Positions 24,201 through 37,200 of a stretch of 64,000 nucleotides of DNA are shown here, piece by piece. The notes beneath the pieces are model-generated. The model was given only the letters and a program-made list of their open reading frames with translations. It did no database searches and was not told the DNA's origin. Within the stretch, counting starts at the first letter, position 1, and each line of letters starts with the position of its first letter. This DNA comes from Lenisia limosa. Its lineage: Eukaryota > Protista > Breviatea. Both the position numbers and the translations under genes were made by a program. The stretch is taken from the NCBI GenBank assembly GCA_001655205.1, contig LPNZ01008239.1, positions 1 through 64,000 on the forward strand. The letters are read 5' to 3'.

Positions 24201-27200
24201 TTACAAAGGCACATTGAAAAAAATAATGTGTATACTGTTTTTAGTCTGAATAATTATTCCTGCCCCTATGATATGCCTGTACCCTCTAGAAAGATATTAG
24301 AAGTTCCCTCAAACCGAAAGTTTGCCAAAATGCTCTGATCTGTCCAGGCAGGGACTTGAGAACGGACGATACCGCCACCAGTTCGTAACCCTGGTCAAGG
24401 TCCAAAGCGTTCTGGGGGGGGGGGTGAATGGCTGTATCTGGGTGCTGTTTGTAAAGGACGGAGAGGAAGCGATATAATAGAAATAGCATACCAAAGGCGC
24501 AATGACGCGAGAAGGCGGAACACAATGAGTGTCCATCATTTCATCGGTCCAGAGCCGGCTGCCGTAGTGCTCCGAGCAACTTGCTTCCTCCATGGTAACT
24601 GCCTGTCGGAGTGTCTGGAAAATGCACCCCGTGCCGGCCTGTTCTGAGGCCTCTATCGGGTCGTCGGCCATGAGGCGCAGCAGGAAGGAGAGCATTTTTG
24701 AGGACCTGCCAGAGTCACATGGAGGGCTGATAAGGGCAAATACCATCCCTAAAAAGCAAACGCAATGAAAGTGGAAGGCTCTTTCGAGGGCACAAATGAG
24801 CCGTCAGGTCCGGAGGCGATGACCTTCTGTGAAATCCGAAGAACCAGTTCCTAGGAAGTCAGCTCAAAACAACAGTGAAGAAATCAGAAACGGCTAAGCA
24901 TCATCACTATCATCGAACCTTCCATGCAAGTAGCCCATTGAGAGAGGACCGGATCTTTTCAAAGGATGGGAAGATTTTGTCGAAGAATTCTGGGGTCGCA
25001 ATCGGGATATGAAGAGACAAAAGGTCGAAGAACGTCTAAATTGATCAGCAGCGTAATATCAACGAAAAAAGAAGTGGCAGTTTACCCACATCAACAAGGG
25101 AGGAATAGCCGGATTGGTCAGCCTTTCGGCCCTTTTCGGTCATTTTATCAACAGTTGCAGCAATGATTTGTCCAATACTGATGATCACATACTCCCTGGA
25201 TAACATAAGTGGAGGATACTGTTAAACGAGAAATCATCTTCATTCCTACTTGTGCTCATCAGCAACTCTGAGATCATAGATCATGGACATGAACTCACGC
25301 ACAACCTCGATAAGCTTCGGCTGCTTTGCCATTTGGGCAACATCCTGGGGGGGGAGGTTACGTTTCCTTATGCCAAATTATCATATTACGCTTGACAGAC
25401 TCAACAATGTACAAAAAGATAGACAAGAATAGGAGATGTACAATAAGAGCTGACGCTTACAAATTTGAAAAGACAGGTCATTAGGCATTCCAATGACTGG
25501 GTAGCACAAGAAAGCCATTGTGTAACCTCAAAACCAAAGCCAGACTAAAACTTATCAAAAACGGAACTGAGGGGAGAATAGCACAGCAAAATTGGGTAAA
25601 ATAACCACTATTATCATTGCTTTTTCTTTGAAAAGAGAAAATTGGTGATAATAAATGATGATACTTTGAACCATTAGATAATGAGTACAAGAAGCCGGAA
25701 CAAAAGCAAAGATATTACCGCTATTTGCTGGGGTAGTAATATTGAGTGGTTCCTGATTTCTATATATGTAGTTCCAACCTTAATCAGCTTGAGAAGAGCT
25801 TCAATAGCAGTACGAATTGCCTACATTAATAAATTGGCCTGAAACTTCATTGCTTTAATAATACATATATCATATCATAGTATATCATATTTAGTGTTTC
25901 CCCCAATAAAACATTACCAACCTGTGGGTATGACGGGGAGAAGAGACAGAGAATAGTAAGTCCGCGACGGGCCACCTCCAAGTCAGTGAACAGGACCTCA
26001 CGTAGAACGGGGTTGCTCACAAGGGCTGACAACAGCCTGAATGGTCAAAAAATTGCTTTGTTGCCCAAAGAGAGGCGCTTGAGCTTACATCACAACTTGA
26101 GGCTGAATGGAAGGAACTATGAAGGCGGAACTCAGGCCAATGTTTGGGGGAGTAAGATGATCCATTGGCAAAAGGCAAACATCAAGAGCGGGATACAACT
26201 CTTTCATAATCTGAATACATCAAAAGGGGTCTCCAACAGGTGCAGAATAACACAAGCACATACACTGTTAAAAGTCAGGTCAATCCAAAGCTCCTTGCAC
26301 TGTGCCGTTTCTTAAGGGTGAGTAAAATAATTACAATAAGCAAATTGGTAGTGAGGGGGGGGGGGAGCAAACAAATGTAGTTTTTTGTGGTTTATTCACT
26401 CCCTTGGATTTCTATGATTTTCAAGTGATTCCCCCACGAAGCTTACTGAGGAATTTATCGAAGATGTTCCAAAGCTCAATGACCTCCTCTCTTTGGACTA
26501 CTGCCGAAGGACGGGGGACCAGAGGCTGTGCTGTGGATGGTGATTGGAGCAAAACAAAGGGAATATGAGGGTTATAAGGGTGATTGGAGCAAAGCAAAGG
26601 GAATATGAGGGTTATAAGGGTGATTATACTATGTTGACCTATTGGAAAGGGGGAAGAACATCATGTTAGGAATAACCCACAGGAGGAACGCTGGGCGACT
26701 TAGTCCGATCCTCGATAAATATTGACACATCTCAGACCCTCTTACGTTGGTCTCCGTCAGCCTCATTCTCGAGCAGGACAAATCGGAGGGCGTTCTCTGC
26801 CTGTTTGTCAACTCCAGTACCGACAAGATCTACAATGTCAATGCTAAGGGTGAGAGATTGAGCATATTAGCTGTTTGCATCTTCTACAAATAGATACTCA
26901 ATTTGGCATTATTGTAGAAAGATACCGATGTATTTGCAGAGGAGTTCAAGGCCTGCGTTACGAACGACACTGATGTTGCGCGCAGAAACTAATTTACAGA
27001 GTACTGTAACTAATGCTCGCGACTAAGATTGTCATTTCCAGCCTCAAATATGAGCCTACAAACACAAAAGGAATGAATGCAACAACTTTACTTTGATGAA
27101 CGCATCTTAAGCTACTCGTGTACTAACCTGCCATTTTTTCGCAATAAGATCAGGTAACTTCTCAAAAAGCATTGTAAGGATCTTTAAGGCGTTTATGAAC

Positions 27201-27630
27201 TCCTGGATCTGAAGACATAATGAGAAAACATGAATCCCAAGTGGAGAAACAAGAACTCTCCACAAACAGCCGAGGAACTGGGCGGCTTCGCCTTTGGCGC
27301 ATTGATTCCAAACTCCCAGTTGTTGAACCATGTGTGAAATACCTAGAATGTGAGAAGAAAGGCAAGAAAAAAGGATTCCGACAGAGAAGATTTGGAAAGA
27401 GTGGTTGCTGTAGAGCGAATTCAGATCTGGTGATGAATCTAGATTGTTAATTGATTGAACGGACAAAGCAGTCTCGTACCAAGGTATTGAAGAAGATACT
27501 TAAGCCGCTTCTCGGGCTTAACCGAGACATCAAGGAACTTATCCAGTTTTTTACTTGCCATACTGACGTATAACAAGTGAGAAACCCCGAATCAGCCCCG
27601 AATAGCCGAAAATTGGAAACTATATCTGGC
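18272..27630 (-). CDS. RALGAPA: Ral GTPase-activating protein alpha-subunit-like (RapGAP domain)
   Basis: N-terminal exons ILTMLFEKLPDLIAKKWQ and RNISVVRNAGLELLCKY. C-terminal RapGAP domain: EFMDSLGWPVDVGRHTGFLGGLDK, MFHIVTSMP..QQISK|KRHVGNDIAHIIYSEH..YRPTTITSQ|FNDAHIVV..KPR|VPPVGP...ITSTCRIANQAVRSL. Exact start and last exon are uncertain. Confidence 0.88.
22922..23000. repeat. Tandem repeat, 26-27 nt x3, beginning at a RalGAP splice donor
   Basis: GATAT(T/A)CGGC(A/C)TGAGAAAGACT at 22922, 22949 and 22975. The rightmost copy carries the minus-strand donor AAG|GTGAGT. Confidence 0.9.
23964..24063. mobile_element. hAT-type MITE, copy 2 (100 bp), in a RalGAP intron
   Basis: Perfect 20-bp arms GCTTCACTTCGGTTCAAAAA / TTTTTGAACCGAAGTGAAGC, ending GAAGCCCTA. 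TSD ATTGGCAT (23956-23963) / ATTGGCAC (24064-24071). Same core as copy 1. Confidence 0.85.
26539..26625. repeat. Tandem duplication, 40 nt x2, intronic
   Basis: TGATTGGAGCAAA(A/G)CAAAGGGAATATGAGGGTTATAAGGG at 26541 and 26581. Confidence 0.95.
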
Positions 27631-27871
27631 AACTATCCGCTAACCGTCATTCAACTTTACTTATAAAACAGGTTTCCGCTAAAAAAACAGCCTTGATGAG
27701 CTAAACTAATAAATACAGTTAACTACCACTAAAAAATATTGTGTGCAATATTGTCTGTTTGACCTTTTTGACCTTAGAAAGATAACCTAACCGCTTCCTT
27801 CCTGAACCGGAACCTCGTCCCCTTTTCCGTGCTTTATCACGCTGGGAGGATAATTATTATTTTTTAATCCA
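27631..27871. promoter_or_regulatory. Putative bidirectional promoter, RalGAP / STRAP
   Basis: About 240 bp between divergent starts. Contains CCGCTAACCG, CCGCTAA and CCTAACCGC. Confidence 0.5.
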
Positions 27872-30306
27872 ATGACAGAAGCTATCAGGCAGGTTTGCCA
27901 ATCACAGCATGATCATGGGTCATGCCACCCTTCTCCAATTGTTACCAATGCCATTCATCCTAACAATTAAACCACTGAAACTTCTAAGATAAATGTATTT
28001 GTGCTCACCCTTCAGGCTCCTTTGGTGTGTCCAGGGCACTCAAGACCAGTGGTTGACTTACAGGTAAACTGGGTATCACGTCTTTTGCATTCCTACTCAA
28101 ATGGGTTCTTACACTTATTGCCCCAGTTTTCGAAGCTCCTTCAGCCTGATGAGTTCTATTTGATTTCTGCATGCAAAGGTATGGTTGCAACTCTCTGGAA
28201 GCTCGGTTTTGGTGGTCCATTTCTGACACTGCAGATGGTAACCCTATGATCAGACATGGTGTGACCGGAGACTGGATCGGAACTTTCAAAGTGAGTTCCC
28301 TTTAATGCCAGTGGAAAATAGAAATGAGAGTGTTACAGCTATCATTCAACGTTGATTATAAACCTCTTTACTGATGTGACTCCAGGGCCATAAGGGGTGT
28401 GTTTGGGGCTCGCGCCTGAATCATGATGCTACAGTTGCCGCAACTGCCAGTGCCGACTTCACCTGGTAGGATGATTAAATACTTGGAACACAACTGAGCA
28501 AAAAAGACTTCAGTTTCCGCAGTTTTGGCGATTGTTACAAAGGACCAAATAGGAGTTTCTCTTTCAGAGTCCACAAGCAATATTTATATCAGACATTTCA
28601 GACTTTATTGTGTGGTCAACTTTTATATATATTGTAATTGAGTTATATATTATTTGTTTGTTTCATACATCCCCTTCTTGTTACACCGCTTACTTAACAG
28701 TAAAATCTGGAACGCTGTGTCTGGTGAATGCCTTCATACTTTCGAACACAATCACATTGTCCGTACGTGTAACTTCAACATGGTTTGGGGAGGGGGGTCT
28801 ACATTGTACCAGACAGAAATTTATCAGTAATCTCATTGACTTAGGGAGGAGACAAAGTGGTGACAGGAGGACATGAGAAACTAGTACGTGTGTTCGACAT
28901 CAACAAACCCGATAGTGAAGTTCTTTCAATGTAAGTTTGGAAGAGGTGCGTGCAAAAAGCTATTTTTACGAATTTGTGAGATGAAAACTGAACAAAATGC
29001 TGTCAATTTTCCCCTTCTTCAAGCGTTTTAATGATAGTTATCGATAGTACTATTAATTATGAATAATGGTGCTAAACTATGGGGTTATATCAATAAGAAA
29101 ATACTCAATGTTTATGGGGGTATTTGATTCACCCCCTTAGGCAAGGACATGAAAAGCCAATCAAAGCCCTGATGTTCACTTCCGAAAATAACATCATCTC
29201 TGCAGGAGATGATCCTTTCTTTGCGTAAGTCTTGCTCCATATCCTCATACCAGTATCATACTACCACCATTTTCCATCGCTCAGCGTTGATGAAATCTTG
29301 CTTCGTAAAATAACATGACTTCTGAGTTTCGCTCTTTTGTTATATCTTTTTAACATTTCTTTAATTATCGCCTCAACTCTCATTGTCTAGGATGTGGGAT
29401 ATCAGGACAGGGAAAATTGAAAGGAAAATCGAAACGGCCCCACTCTTGCACAGTGAGGGGTGCTTCTTGATAAGCTTTGGGATAAAGTTGTTGTCAGAAT
29501 GTCTTGAAAATGGTGGTTACTTTTTTTGCCTCGGTTGAAGGTTTAGTTCAACGCACATGGGATGAGAAGTCGATTGTAGTGGCACATGACACTGAGATTT
29601 CAGTTCTCAATTCCATCAGGTTTGTATTGCCTTATAATATTGCTGATAGTACATTGGGTGTCTATAGTTTTATTTGGTTAATAATGCTGGAAGTTAACTA
29701 CTTACCGGTGGAAGGTGATAGTTGATGAATTCAGTCTGGAAAAGGAACAGGCATGGAGTGTTGATGTACAATGCGAGGCCGCTGCTCTTTCTCCGGATAG
29801 GTTTGCTGGTAATTTACTTTTCTAAAAAGAAGCCGCTCTGACAAACCTTATCTTACAAACACTTTAGGAAAGAGTTCATCTGTGGAGGATCAGACTTCTA
29901 CGTGCATGTTTTCGACTCAACAACAGGGAAGGAAAGCCGTGAGGGGATGCATATCCTTGACTTGGTTATGAACCTAATATTCATTCCATGTAGAATGCCA
30001 CAAAGGTCACCATGGACCAGTGCATTGTATGCAGTATTCACCAGATGGGGAGATCTTCGCATCTGGGTTGGCTATCCCTTCAAGTATTTCTGACGTAATA
30101 TTTTAGATCAGAAGACGGAACCATTCGCCTTTGGCAGAGAACCCCTGGTACTTCATACGGATTATGGACTGGCATGGTAGGGGGGTCTTTTATATGATAT
30201 CTGTACATATCATATATGATATCATATGATAGTACTATATTAATTGTTTGAAGATCTCAAAAATAGGTATTGCCTGTCTCTAACCTTTCAGGAAAAGGTG
30301 GAGTAA
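27872..30306 (+). CDS. STRAP: STRAP/UNRIP WD40 protein
   Basis: MTEAIRQ|[16 protein letters not shown]|..[26 protein letters not shown]|[23 protein letters not shown]|.[25 protein letters not shown]; later [41 protein letters not shown]; stop TAA at 30304-30306. Confidence 0.95.
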
Positions 30307-30479
30307 TTGTAATAGCTATTATACATGTAATTCTGATACAACAGGAGGCCATACTTCCCATTTCATCCCAATTATAAATATCATACTGTACATTACATTA
30401 CAAAAGGGGACTCCTCTATCACAACATGAGGTGGTGGGATCCTAGATTGATGAGATTGATGACCCAATGAATTGAATCC

Positions 30480-33400
30480 TGATAAGTCCGATTAACACTG
30501 ATATTCATCATTAATGCCTACGCTCTCATTGACGAATTCAAAAGTGAGCGCTTCGACTGGGATTGGTCTAAACTTGTAAGATTCTTTATTGGGAAAAAAT
30601 TAATTTGTTCCAAGCTATTTAGCCAAAAGATTTTGAACAGAAGACATTCAAAGAGATTCAATCTCACCCGAGTTCGACGCCAACGTTGCACTTGAACTGT
30701 GCAGCTGAAAGGTAAAGGAAGAATAATTGTGATCCAGTTCAATAATCACCAAGATAGCCTTTAGGTGAGGAATCCTGACAATGAGTAATACTCACATCAG
30801 AGTCAATAGCCCTCGTTTCCCCTCACCCTAGCTTGGGAAGATGATGGTGTCGTAATATGTGACGGAGGAGGTCTGCGATATTGTTAAATATTGTACACTG
30901 ATAAAAGGGTATCCGGTGTCATACTCTTCTTCTTTTGTGGCCACAACGATGTACCGTTTGCAATGCGAAAAGCGGTGAAAAGGCACTTCTTCAGGGGCAG
31001 GCTAAAATATCAGGATTCGAGGTCAACCAAATCTTCCAAAACTATTGCAAAAATGACCATTAATTAGGCTATACAAACGTCACCAAAAGATACCCAACTG
31101 GAGGTTGGAAGAGCTCATCATCGTCATAATATGGTAATTCAGGCATTGGTGGAGGCTCAGGGGTGGCTGTCCTACTGCATGAGAAAAAAAATTATAATGT
31201 TGTTCTTGACAGATTAGTTTTTTCACAATCCTCCTACCTGTTTGTCATTTTGTGAGACTTTGGGGGAACAGGAGACTCAGTTCGTTGTACCGACGTAATG
31301 ATCGGTGTCACAGTACTGCTAGCTACGGCGTGAATTGCTTCATATAATACCTCATATCCACTTCGACAAGCCTCAATGATTCTCTGTTACAATGGGATAA
31401 ACCCTCGTGTACGAAAATCGGTCATTTATCATCACAAGTGGATATGGGTTAACAAATGATATACTATACTATATTATAGTAGATACTAGTACTAATAGAT
31501 ATTATATGTTATAAAAAGTAGCTATATGATATGTTTTACATAAGTTTTAGCTGTGAGTCGTTTGTAAGCTGCCCTTAAAACAATTTCGTAATAAATCTAT
31601 AAAGCAACCCGTACTTGTTTTCTTAAAAGGTGTGGAAGGCGAAGAAGAACCTCTTGCAACTCGGACACTACAGTATAAAGGTTTCAACAAGAAGGCCCTT
31701 GAGACCCAGAGTGGACTTACCTGTAGGGTTGGGCAGGCTCTTTTCCAAGAAGGTTTGACATGAGAGGGGATGTTTGATGGAATGACTTAAAAAATTAAAA
31801 GCTTGGAACAATAAAATGATAACGATAACAGTACTACCTTGATAATAGACGCCCCTGGTTTCTTTCTAGTAATAACAACCTCTTTGTCTCGATATAAATC
31901 GCGAAGTTTTGGAATTTCTGGCTCACCTGAAAAGACTAAGACCACACACCATAACTTGATTACAATCGATCTTTATTAACTTAAATGAATTGTATTTCAC
32001 CATCAACCCCTTCTTCCTTCCCACTTTCTGAAGCAGATTGTCTCGTGTTGATGTTGAAAGTATCCGACCTAAGAACCCTACCAATTTCCTGTGTTGTTAA
32101 ACTGAAAAAAACTTAAAAGAAATTAAGACTATTTTTACTGCTACATCGTCTCACCTGTGTCAAATCGTTCCAACTTCGTCGTGGAAAGGCTGCAAAGGAA
32201 ACATGGCACATCATATTATGTACTGTCTGAAGGTAATAAGCAACTGAAAAAAGCACAATCCCAAAAATGACCAAGTTGGACTCCAATATACAAACCTCAA
32301 AAAAGAGCCGATCTAAAAGGTTAGAAGCAAGAGAACAAGCTCATTGCACAAACCTTCCACTATATGCCGTGGTTTTGAAAAATGGATAATAATGTGTCCA
32401 TAAAAGTAAGCCAGTTCTCTGCTGAAACGTTCAACATCTCCTTCTGCTTCTTCTCTGAAACGAGTATTAAGATATTTTGAATACTGCTATAATATGAGAC
32501 AACTATTTTGGTTCAAGACAATAAGCTGTTGTCTTGTCGATTTCCCACTCTGAGGCATGTCCAAGTTGAAGTATCGCTCCAAGGTAAAAGAGCCCACTCC
32601 AAAGAAATTCATGACTAAGAGAAGTGAATACCGAAAATGCCTTCAGAACGATACTCTGAACACCATTCAGAGTCGTCCCTACCAGAGCGTTGTTCTCGTA
32701 AAACTCTCAAAAGGGCCTCTTTTAGCGTCACTTGGCATGAACATTAACGACCGGGCTGATTGGTTATTAATCCAGATCAATAGATCAATACTCACTAATA
32801 ACTGCTGCCATATTGAATGAAGGGCTCTCAACATAAGGTGACCCCTGGGTAGCCGCTACTATTGATGAGCGTCTGGTTCGCCTGAATGGTTATCTCTGTC
32901 GGTTTCTTTTCACCTAAAAAAAGAAGAATCTCTTCGATGAAGTAATAGTTTCCAGACCAAAGCGTGAGTACAAGACAAAAAGATATGATATCATAGCATA
33001 TGTAGGTTTGCCTCGGTTAAAAAGACTGATTAAACATTGAGGCTTAACGAGTACTTCTCAAGACAGTCTTTTTTAGAATGATATCAAATTTACTGAAGAG
33101 ATGCCAACATTTGAGGAGTGGGTGCGGAAAGAGACGACCGTCTTGTTGCCATTCTAGGAGGCTGTAGGGCCTACTGCATTAATATGTGTGTCAAGAGCAA
33201 TTATCCAAAACACCACCAAAGATTGTTATTCTTCTAGCTTTTGTCTTCCCCAAGTTACATCGATAAAAATACAAAGGTACTAAAATTATTACATGCTGGA
33301 ACCAAGGAGGAGTATTACGCCTCCTAGCTGGAACAGCTTAGAGTTTAAACGCCCGACCATTCCTGCCACGGTATTTCAAAAGCTAAACTCACATTTGATG

Positions 33401-33790
33401 TCAGAGGCGAATCCATCTGATTGTCCAAGTCCAGGGTTTGCAAAGAAGACCGGCGAGGCGTTGACGCCTGGTTGGTCAATTGGGAACAACACTTGGTGAA
33501 ATCTACAAAAATGACCCAGGGCGGAGTATGCACTTACCGCCAACACCACTTCACTCAAAACCTCAATCTGAAGTCCTCCAGGTGAGACCCCCCTTCCTCC
33601 CACAAGGCCCACCACTCAACAACAGACCCCCCTTCCTCCCACAANNNNNNNNNNNNNNNNNNNNNNNNNNNNNNNNNNNNNNNNNNNNNNNNNNNNNNNN
33701 NNNNNNNNNNNNNNNNNNNNNNNNNGCGGTGTTGTTACCTCAACAACAGACGAAAGTGGTTCAACTCGAAATGAAGAAGTCCCCATGCTT
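30480..33790 (-). CDS. Unknown multi-exon protein; boundaries approximate
   Basis: Spliceable exons give NQASTPRRSSLQ.., MATRRSSLSAPTPQMLASLQ|RTRRSSIVAATQGSP.. (three RRSS motifs), LKEALLRVLREQ.., REEAEGDVERFSRELAYFYGHIIIHF, RIIEACRSGYEVLYEAIHAV and FHRFSHCKRYIVVATKEEEYDTG. No family recognised. Confidence 0.55.
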
Positions 33791-34235
33791 AATGACTAAA
33801 GTTGATTATAACATAAGAATATTTCACCATCCTCATTTTGCTGAAGACTTTTTTATTGAAGAATACAAACAACCACCAACTGAAGCTGAAGGGGGGGTAC
33901 TGTGCTTTTCTTGATCTTGTTTGTATCGCTGGTTTGCACGTGTGATTAGGGTAGGTGGAGTCTGGATGGGAGAGCCACTCCTTAGTGTGCCCTTAGTCCA
34001 CCCTGAGTCAATTATTAGTTATTTCACTATTTCACTGTCGTTTCACTGTGATTTGATTGGTTAGCGTTGGGTTAGCGGGGGGGGGCAAGCATTTATCAAT
34101 TTTTTTCGAAGAGTATCGAAAAGTTTCGATGGGTGTACAATATAAATACCGCATGGTTGTTTTTTAAAACGCCGGAGGAAATTGTTTCCGTGAACAAAAA
34201 CAACAACAAAAGAACAAAAGAGTAAATTATGGGGG

Positions 34236-37200
34236 ATGCAGAGCCACGTGAATTGAGCAAGCCTTTCTGGGTAAATGGGCTTATTTGCAAACATACGAGA
34301 AATTTGGAGAATACAAGTGTAATTAATGATTAGGTTGTTGCTAAGCATCGCTTTGAAGCCCAGGAAGATAGCGATTTACCTTTTGTGAAGGGTGATCACA
34401 TCCTTGTTACCCATGAAATTGACACAGGTTGGTATAATCATGCGGAATCTGTGCTCAGAACAAATAAGTATGGAGAGTTTGGAATCTCAAGATTCCTTCA
34501 ATCAATTTTGCCTCTCCTCCCTTCCCTAGCTCTGATATATCGTGGATATACCTGTCTTTCAGTCTGTTTTTACATAACTTTTATTCTGTGCTCTTTCATG
34601 TCTATCCCCTGTCCAGTGTCGTCACCCTTTTGCTTTCCTCTCTTCTTTTATGGACAGAATGGCAAAAATGAAGAGATTAATTATCATTGGCTATTCATAA
34701 AGTATTTCAAGTTTTTTGAATATCAAAGTATAAAATTTCAGTTCTTTTTAATTTGATTGTCAAATCCGCGTTTACCCCTTAGAGTGGAGTTTGGGCACTT
34801 TGAATGGCAAATCCGGTCAGATTCCAATGAACTATGTTGAAAAAGTGGTTGATGGAAACAGCATTGAAGCGGGCACCAAGGTTAGTGAGAATAAAGGCTT
34901 GTAAGAGATTGATCTCCACAGTTACGAGCGTTATATGACTTCGATGTGCAAGAAGACGACGATCTTGGGTTCAGTGAGGGCCAGATTATCGAGGTCATCA
35001 CATCGGACGGTGACTGGTGGACTGGCAAGGTTGATGGCAAAGAAGGCAAATTCCCCTCAAGTGGGTGTTGCATTGTCTTTTCTGTTTTTAACTTTTAGAC
35101 TATGTTCGCGAACTCGAAGAAGGAGAGGTCGGTTTCATTGTGTTGCACTTTTGTTGTTTTGTGTTTTCGCCTCAGATAGTGGTTGTCCCAAAAAACATAT
35201 TTTTCTTCAGCCATTGTTTTTTTTCTAAGTCCTCAAAGTCACGATTTTAGCTGACAGCTGATGCAACTAAGAAATCATGCGCTCCTCTTCCCCCCAAAGT
35301 AGGAGTGCTATATTTGTTGATTACTAAAACCAAGGCTACTTTTAACGTGAAAATATATCATATAGTATATGATATATGTATATGATATGTATAATATATA
35401 TATATCATATATATATATATGAAATAACAATTCCCGAATATGTTTTTTTTTTTTTTTTTTTTAACTGATCTTTGGGTATTANNNNNNNNNNNNNNNNNNN
35501 NNNNNNNNNNNNNNNNNNNNNNNNNNNNNNNNNNNNNNNNNNNNNNNNNNNNNNNNNNNNNNCAGGTGGACCGAAGCGATTAGAGGCTCAAATATACTTT
35601 TAAAATCGCAGAACATAACTAAACTCCAAGTTTTGATAATTCAATATGGTTATATTATAGACCCAAATGTCAGCTTGCTATTAATGTAACCGTGTTACGC
35701 TGTTATTCTCCTCAGGCTAACCCTCCTGCTTTCAAGCCTGGTGATTACATTTCTGTAACTAAAGACTATGAAGGACAAAGTAGGTGTAACTAACATTTTG
35801 TTCAAATCAATGGTTGGGCTCAAATGTTTAGAGTCAGATGAGCTTTCCATGACCAAAGGAGATGAAGCCCAGATCCTCACTGTTCGTATGTTGGGTAGTG
35901 GGAAGAACCATATGCTGAGTTGGGAGGGAACATATTGATAATTACCATGTTATTTAAAACTACAATGTCAGCAATTACCCTTCCAGAAGGTGACTGGTTG
36001 ATGTTGACCTTTAAGGGTCGAGAAGGACTCTTCCCCACCACCCACATTATCAACCGTTTGTTTGGTTTGGGCGTTGGAAGGACTTTTAATTCAGAATATT
36101 AACTAGTTTAGGCAAGGACCTTCCGGTCGAGGAAGAAAAACCTGTTGAGCCTCTTCCTGAAGAAGACGTAAGCCTCAGCCAGAATGATCAAAGTTTATCC
36201 CTTTAGTCCACTGAACAGTTCTTTGTTGAACCAGAAGAGACCAAGTAGGCTGTTGTGGTATTTCTTTGCGACTCTTTTACCTTGGTAATTACCCCCAGAC
36301 CTGAAGAGCCTGTTGTTGCCGTGGATGACGGGAGGATTGCGGAGCTACAGGCCTCAAACGCTACCCTCCAGGAACAGGTTAAGACCGCTGAGGTGGGCTT
36401 GCTTTGACTACTGGCAGGGATTTTGTGATAAATTTAGATCCTATCTTGGTGTTTTGTTATAATTTTCGTTCTTACAACCCTAGGCTGCCTTGGCAGCATC
36501 GTCAGAAGAAGTTACCTCAGCTAGAGCCGACTTGGATCAGACTAAAACGGAACTGCAATCCACCGCCGCCGTATGTCGGAGTTCAACGGGCTACTTTCTG
36601 CATCCATGCTAATGCTGTTCTAGGACCTGGAGGCAAAAATGACCGAACTCAGCAGCAAGGCTGACGATATCGAGGCTTTGACCAAACAGGTGGAAAGTGT
36701 ATCGCGGAAACTCGAAGCAAAAGAGGCTGAAGTGGAACAAAAGGAAAACGAGAGACTTGACGCAACTGAGGAAGCACAAACCGCCAAAAACGAAGTCTGC
36801 CTTCTAGGGTGTCAAAATGCAATGCGCAGTGACTAATAATGCAGACTGAGGCCATGCGCGCTGAGCGTGATGAAGCGGTCCATGCCAGGGCCGCAGCCGA
36901 GGATGAACTTAAATCCGCGGGTGCTGCTGCTGAAGGGTGGGTAAAGGGAGATTCCTTAAATCCTAAAAAAAATAATCATAAACAAGCAAAAACACTCAAG
37001 GAAGGGTTCAAAAACGGGTAGTGTCTCTTGAATTCATGCTAAAATAACCATGCAGCACACAAGCCCTGGTTGATGAGCTGAACACCGAGCAAAGTGCCCA
37101 TCAAGAAACCAGTGTTGCCCTCCAAAATATCACCCAGGAGAAAAAGGTCCTTGAAGATCAGGTTGGTACCCTTCTTGCTGTTGTGATCTTTTCTACAATT

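Noticed and set aside
33293-33914. Plus-strand ORFs as an extra gene between the unknown gene and the SH3 gene
   Set aside because: The minus strand has donor/acceptor pairs and exons that link to the unknown gene. The plus-strand PPFLPQ repeat is a local duplication beside a gap.
33940-34090. Telomere-like TTAGGG/GGTTAG words
   Set aside because: They are isolated, not tandem, and lie in an intergenic promoter region.
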